Assembly: GCA_049320885.1 (NCBI GenBank)
Contig: JBMORA010000006.1
Span: forward strand, 1-30,295
DNA length: 30,295 nucleotides
Direction of reading: 5' to 3'
Origin: Thermodesulfobacteriota bacterium
GTDB lineage: Bacteria > Desulfobacterota > Desulfobacteria > Desulfobacterales > SURF-7
The notes below the pieces were generated by a model. It ran no database searches and was not told the origin of the DNA. It saw nothing but the letters and a program-made list of their open reading frames with translations. Of this stretch, positions 28,779 to 30,295 are shown piece by piece. The translations under genes and the position numbers were made by a program. The first letter of the stretch is position 1. Each line of letters begins with the position of its first letter.

Positions 28779-28855
28779 ATTGGACCTAAAAACGGCCTTG
28801 TTTTGAGGTAAAATCCTTGACTGGCGCGGATCTTCCGTGTCCCGACCCCGAATCG
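28779..28855 (+). repeat. 77-bp direct repeat, copy 2
   Basis: Begins immediately after the 3' end of intron fragment 2. Confidence 0.95.
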
Positions 28856-28874
28856 TGCACGACCCCGAATCGTG

Positions 28875-30295
28875 CAATCCCCTCATCGTCGGGTCAACGT
28901 TTCGGACTTATCGGATGAGAGAAGCCGGCATCAAGGATCGGAGTCTCAATCCCCTCATCGTCGGGTCAACGTTTCGGACACTTACTATTTCGGAAATTCG
29001 AGTCAAGCTGATTTTGTCTCAATCCCCTCATCGTCGGGTCAACGTTTCGGACATCCTGGCAATGGTTTCCGGCGAAGTGAAGGCAGTGGTCTCAATCCCC
29101 TCATCGTCGGGTCAACGTTTCGGACCATTGCCTGGAAGTGATGAAAGATCCCGATGGGAAAGGTCTCAATCCCCTCATCGTCGGGTCAACGTTTCGGACA
29201 CCTGGACAAGGCAACGAAAAATTCGGAACGAGACTTGTCTCAATCCCCTCATCGTCGGGTCAACGTTTCGGACGCTATTGTCCGTTTGCTATCTGAAATG
29301 GGCTTTGAAACAGTCTCAATCCCCTCATCGTCGGGTCAACGTTTCGGACACCGGTAATATGGTCATGGTCAGCGGGTATTTGCACGGGTCTCAATCCCCT
29401 CATCGTCGGGTCAACGTTTCGGACAAAGATCAAACCAAAGCTGGCTACATTGAAGATAACGTCTCAATCCCCTCATCGTCGGGTCAACGTTTCGGACCAT
29501 TTCTCTCGATTTCAACAATGGCCAGATCAAGGTCGCAGTCTCAATCCCCTCATCGTCGGGTCAACGTTTCGGACCGGGGACACAGTCCTCGTCCCGGCTG
29601 GAGTGGCTACGTCTCAATCCCCTCATCGTCGGGTCAACGTTTCGGACGTTATTCTGGACCAAACAGATAAAAAAATCTATCGAGTCTCAATCCCCTCATC
29701 GTCGGGTCAACGTTTCGGACCCAATCATTGGATGTCCGGAAGTCAGCATTGGAAAGTCTCAATCCCCTCATCGTCGGGTCAACGTTTCGGACGCGGAACA
29801 AAAAATTTCCGTGCGCTTTGAAAATAAGGAGTCTCAATCCCCTCATCGTCGGGTCAACGTTTCGGACCTGGGAATTATGTCGTTAGTAGGTAGCCAGATG
29901 GGATCAGTCTCAATCCCCTCATCGTCGGGTCAACGTTTCGGACCTTTTTTCAAAAAATCTGGAAATTTCCAGAATCGGAATGTCTCAATCCCCTCATCGT
30001 CGGGTCAACGTTTCGGACGCCATCTTGAAAGAAATCAACAGTGGAGAAGAAAGGGTCTCAATCCCCTCATCGTCGGGTCAACGTTTCGGACCTTTCCACG
30101 GTTATCCAGGCAATGTGCAGCTCCACGGTCTCAATCCCCTCATCGTCGGGTCAACGTTTCGGACTGAGTTGTGTGAAAGGCAAAACTCTGAAAGGGGCGA
30201 AAGAGTCTCAATCCCCTCATCGTCGGGTCAACGTTTCGGACATTTAACAAAACCTTCTTCCTGGGTGGGCGGAAAAATAGTCTCAATCCCCTCAT
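28875..30295 (-). CRISPR. CRISPR array with 37-bp repeat GTCTCAATCCCCTCATCGTCGGGTCAACGTTTCGGAC (+ strand); probably transcribed from the - strand, type III-like
   Basis: 18 identical full repeats (28943 to 30241), one lacking its first 4 bp (28875-28907) and one cut by the window edge (30280). 19 spacers of 35-40 bp. The - strand repeat ends ATTGAGAC, and degenerate repeats lie at the left. Confidence 0.98.

Noticed and set aside
28509..28822. TTGACT in the 77-bp repeat as a + strand promoter for the array
   Set aside because: No -10 element at a suitable spacing, and repeat polarity points to - strand transcription.
28837..30247. Repetitive ORFs (SQSPHRRVNVSD, VSIPSSSGQRFG, LNPLIVGSTFR)
   Set aside because: These are translations of the CRISPR repeat, not genes.
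28908..30279. Duplicate or self-targeting spacers within the window
   Set aside because: None noticed by eye. An alignment is needed to exclude them rigorously.

Overview
This 30.3-kb window is GC-rich bacterial DNA, with gene content suggestive of Desulfobacterota (inference). Left to right it holds: (1) a housekeeping block: a 5'-partial acidic PopZ/RomR-like protein, valS, nadC and a rhomboid-DnaJ_C fusion; (2) a signalling block: a triple-FHA protein, a 2142-aa Ser/Thr pseudokinase-ATPase-GAF-PAS hybrid histidine kinase and a divergent Cache-PAS hybrid kinase; (3) a TetR-headed redox/hydrolase cluster with two matching palindromic operators; (4) GNAT, PfpI, PLP aminotransferase and enoyl-CoA hydratase genes; (5) a decayed accessory zone leading into a CRISPR array with a 37-bp repeat that runs off the right edge. 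No cas genes are visible in the window. The most unusual structure is the inferred trailer end of the array (27.76-28.91 kb). Degenerate repeats of two repeat families there are separated from the main array by about 0.9 kb. That interval carries two different 5'-truncated group II intron 3' ends (RT tail + domain V + domain VI, about 195 nt each). The second is framed by a 77-bp direct repeat with stuttered CGAATCG micro-duplications at the junctions. Spacers read as coding-sense on +, so crRNAs would be antisense to mRNA, consistent with a type III system. All family assignments come from motif recognition by eye; no searches were run.
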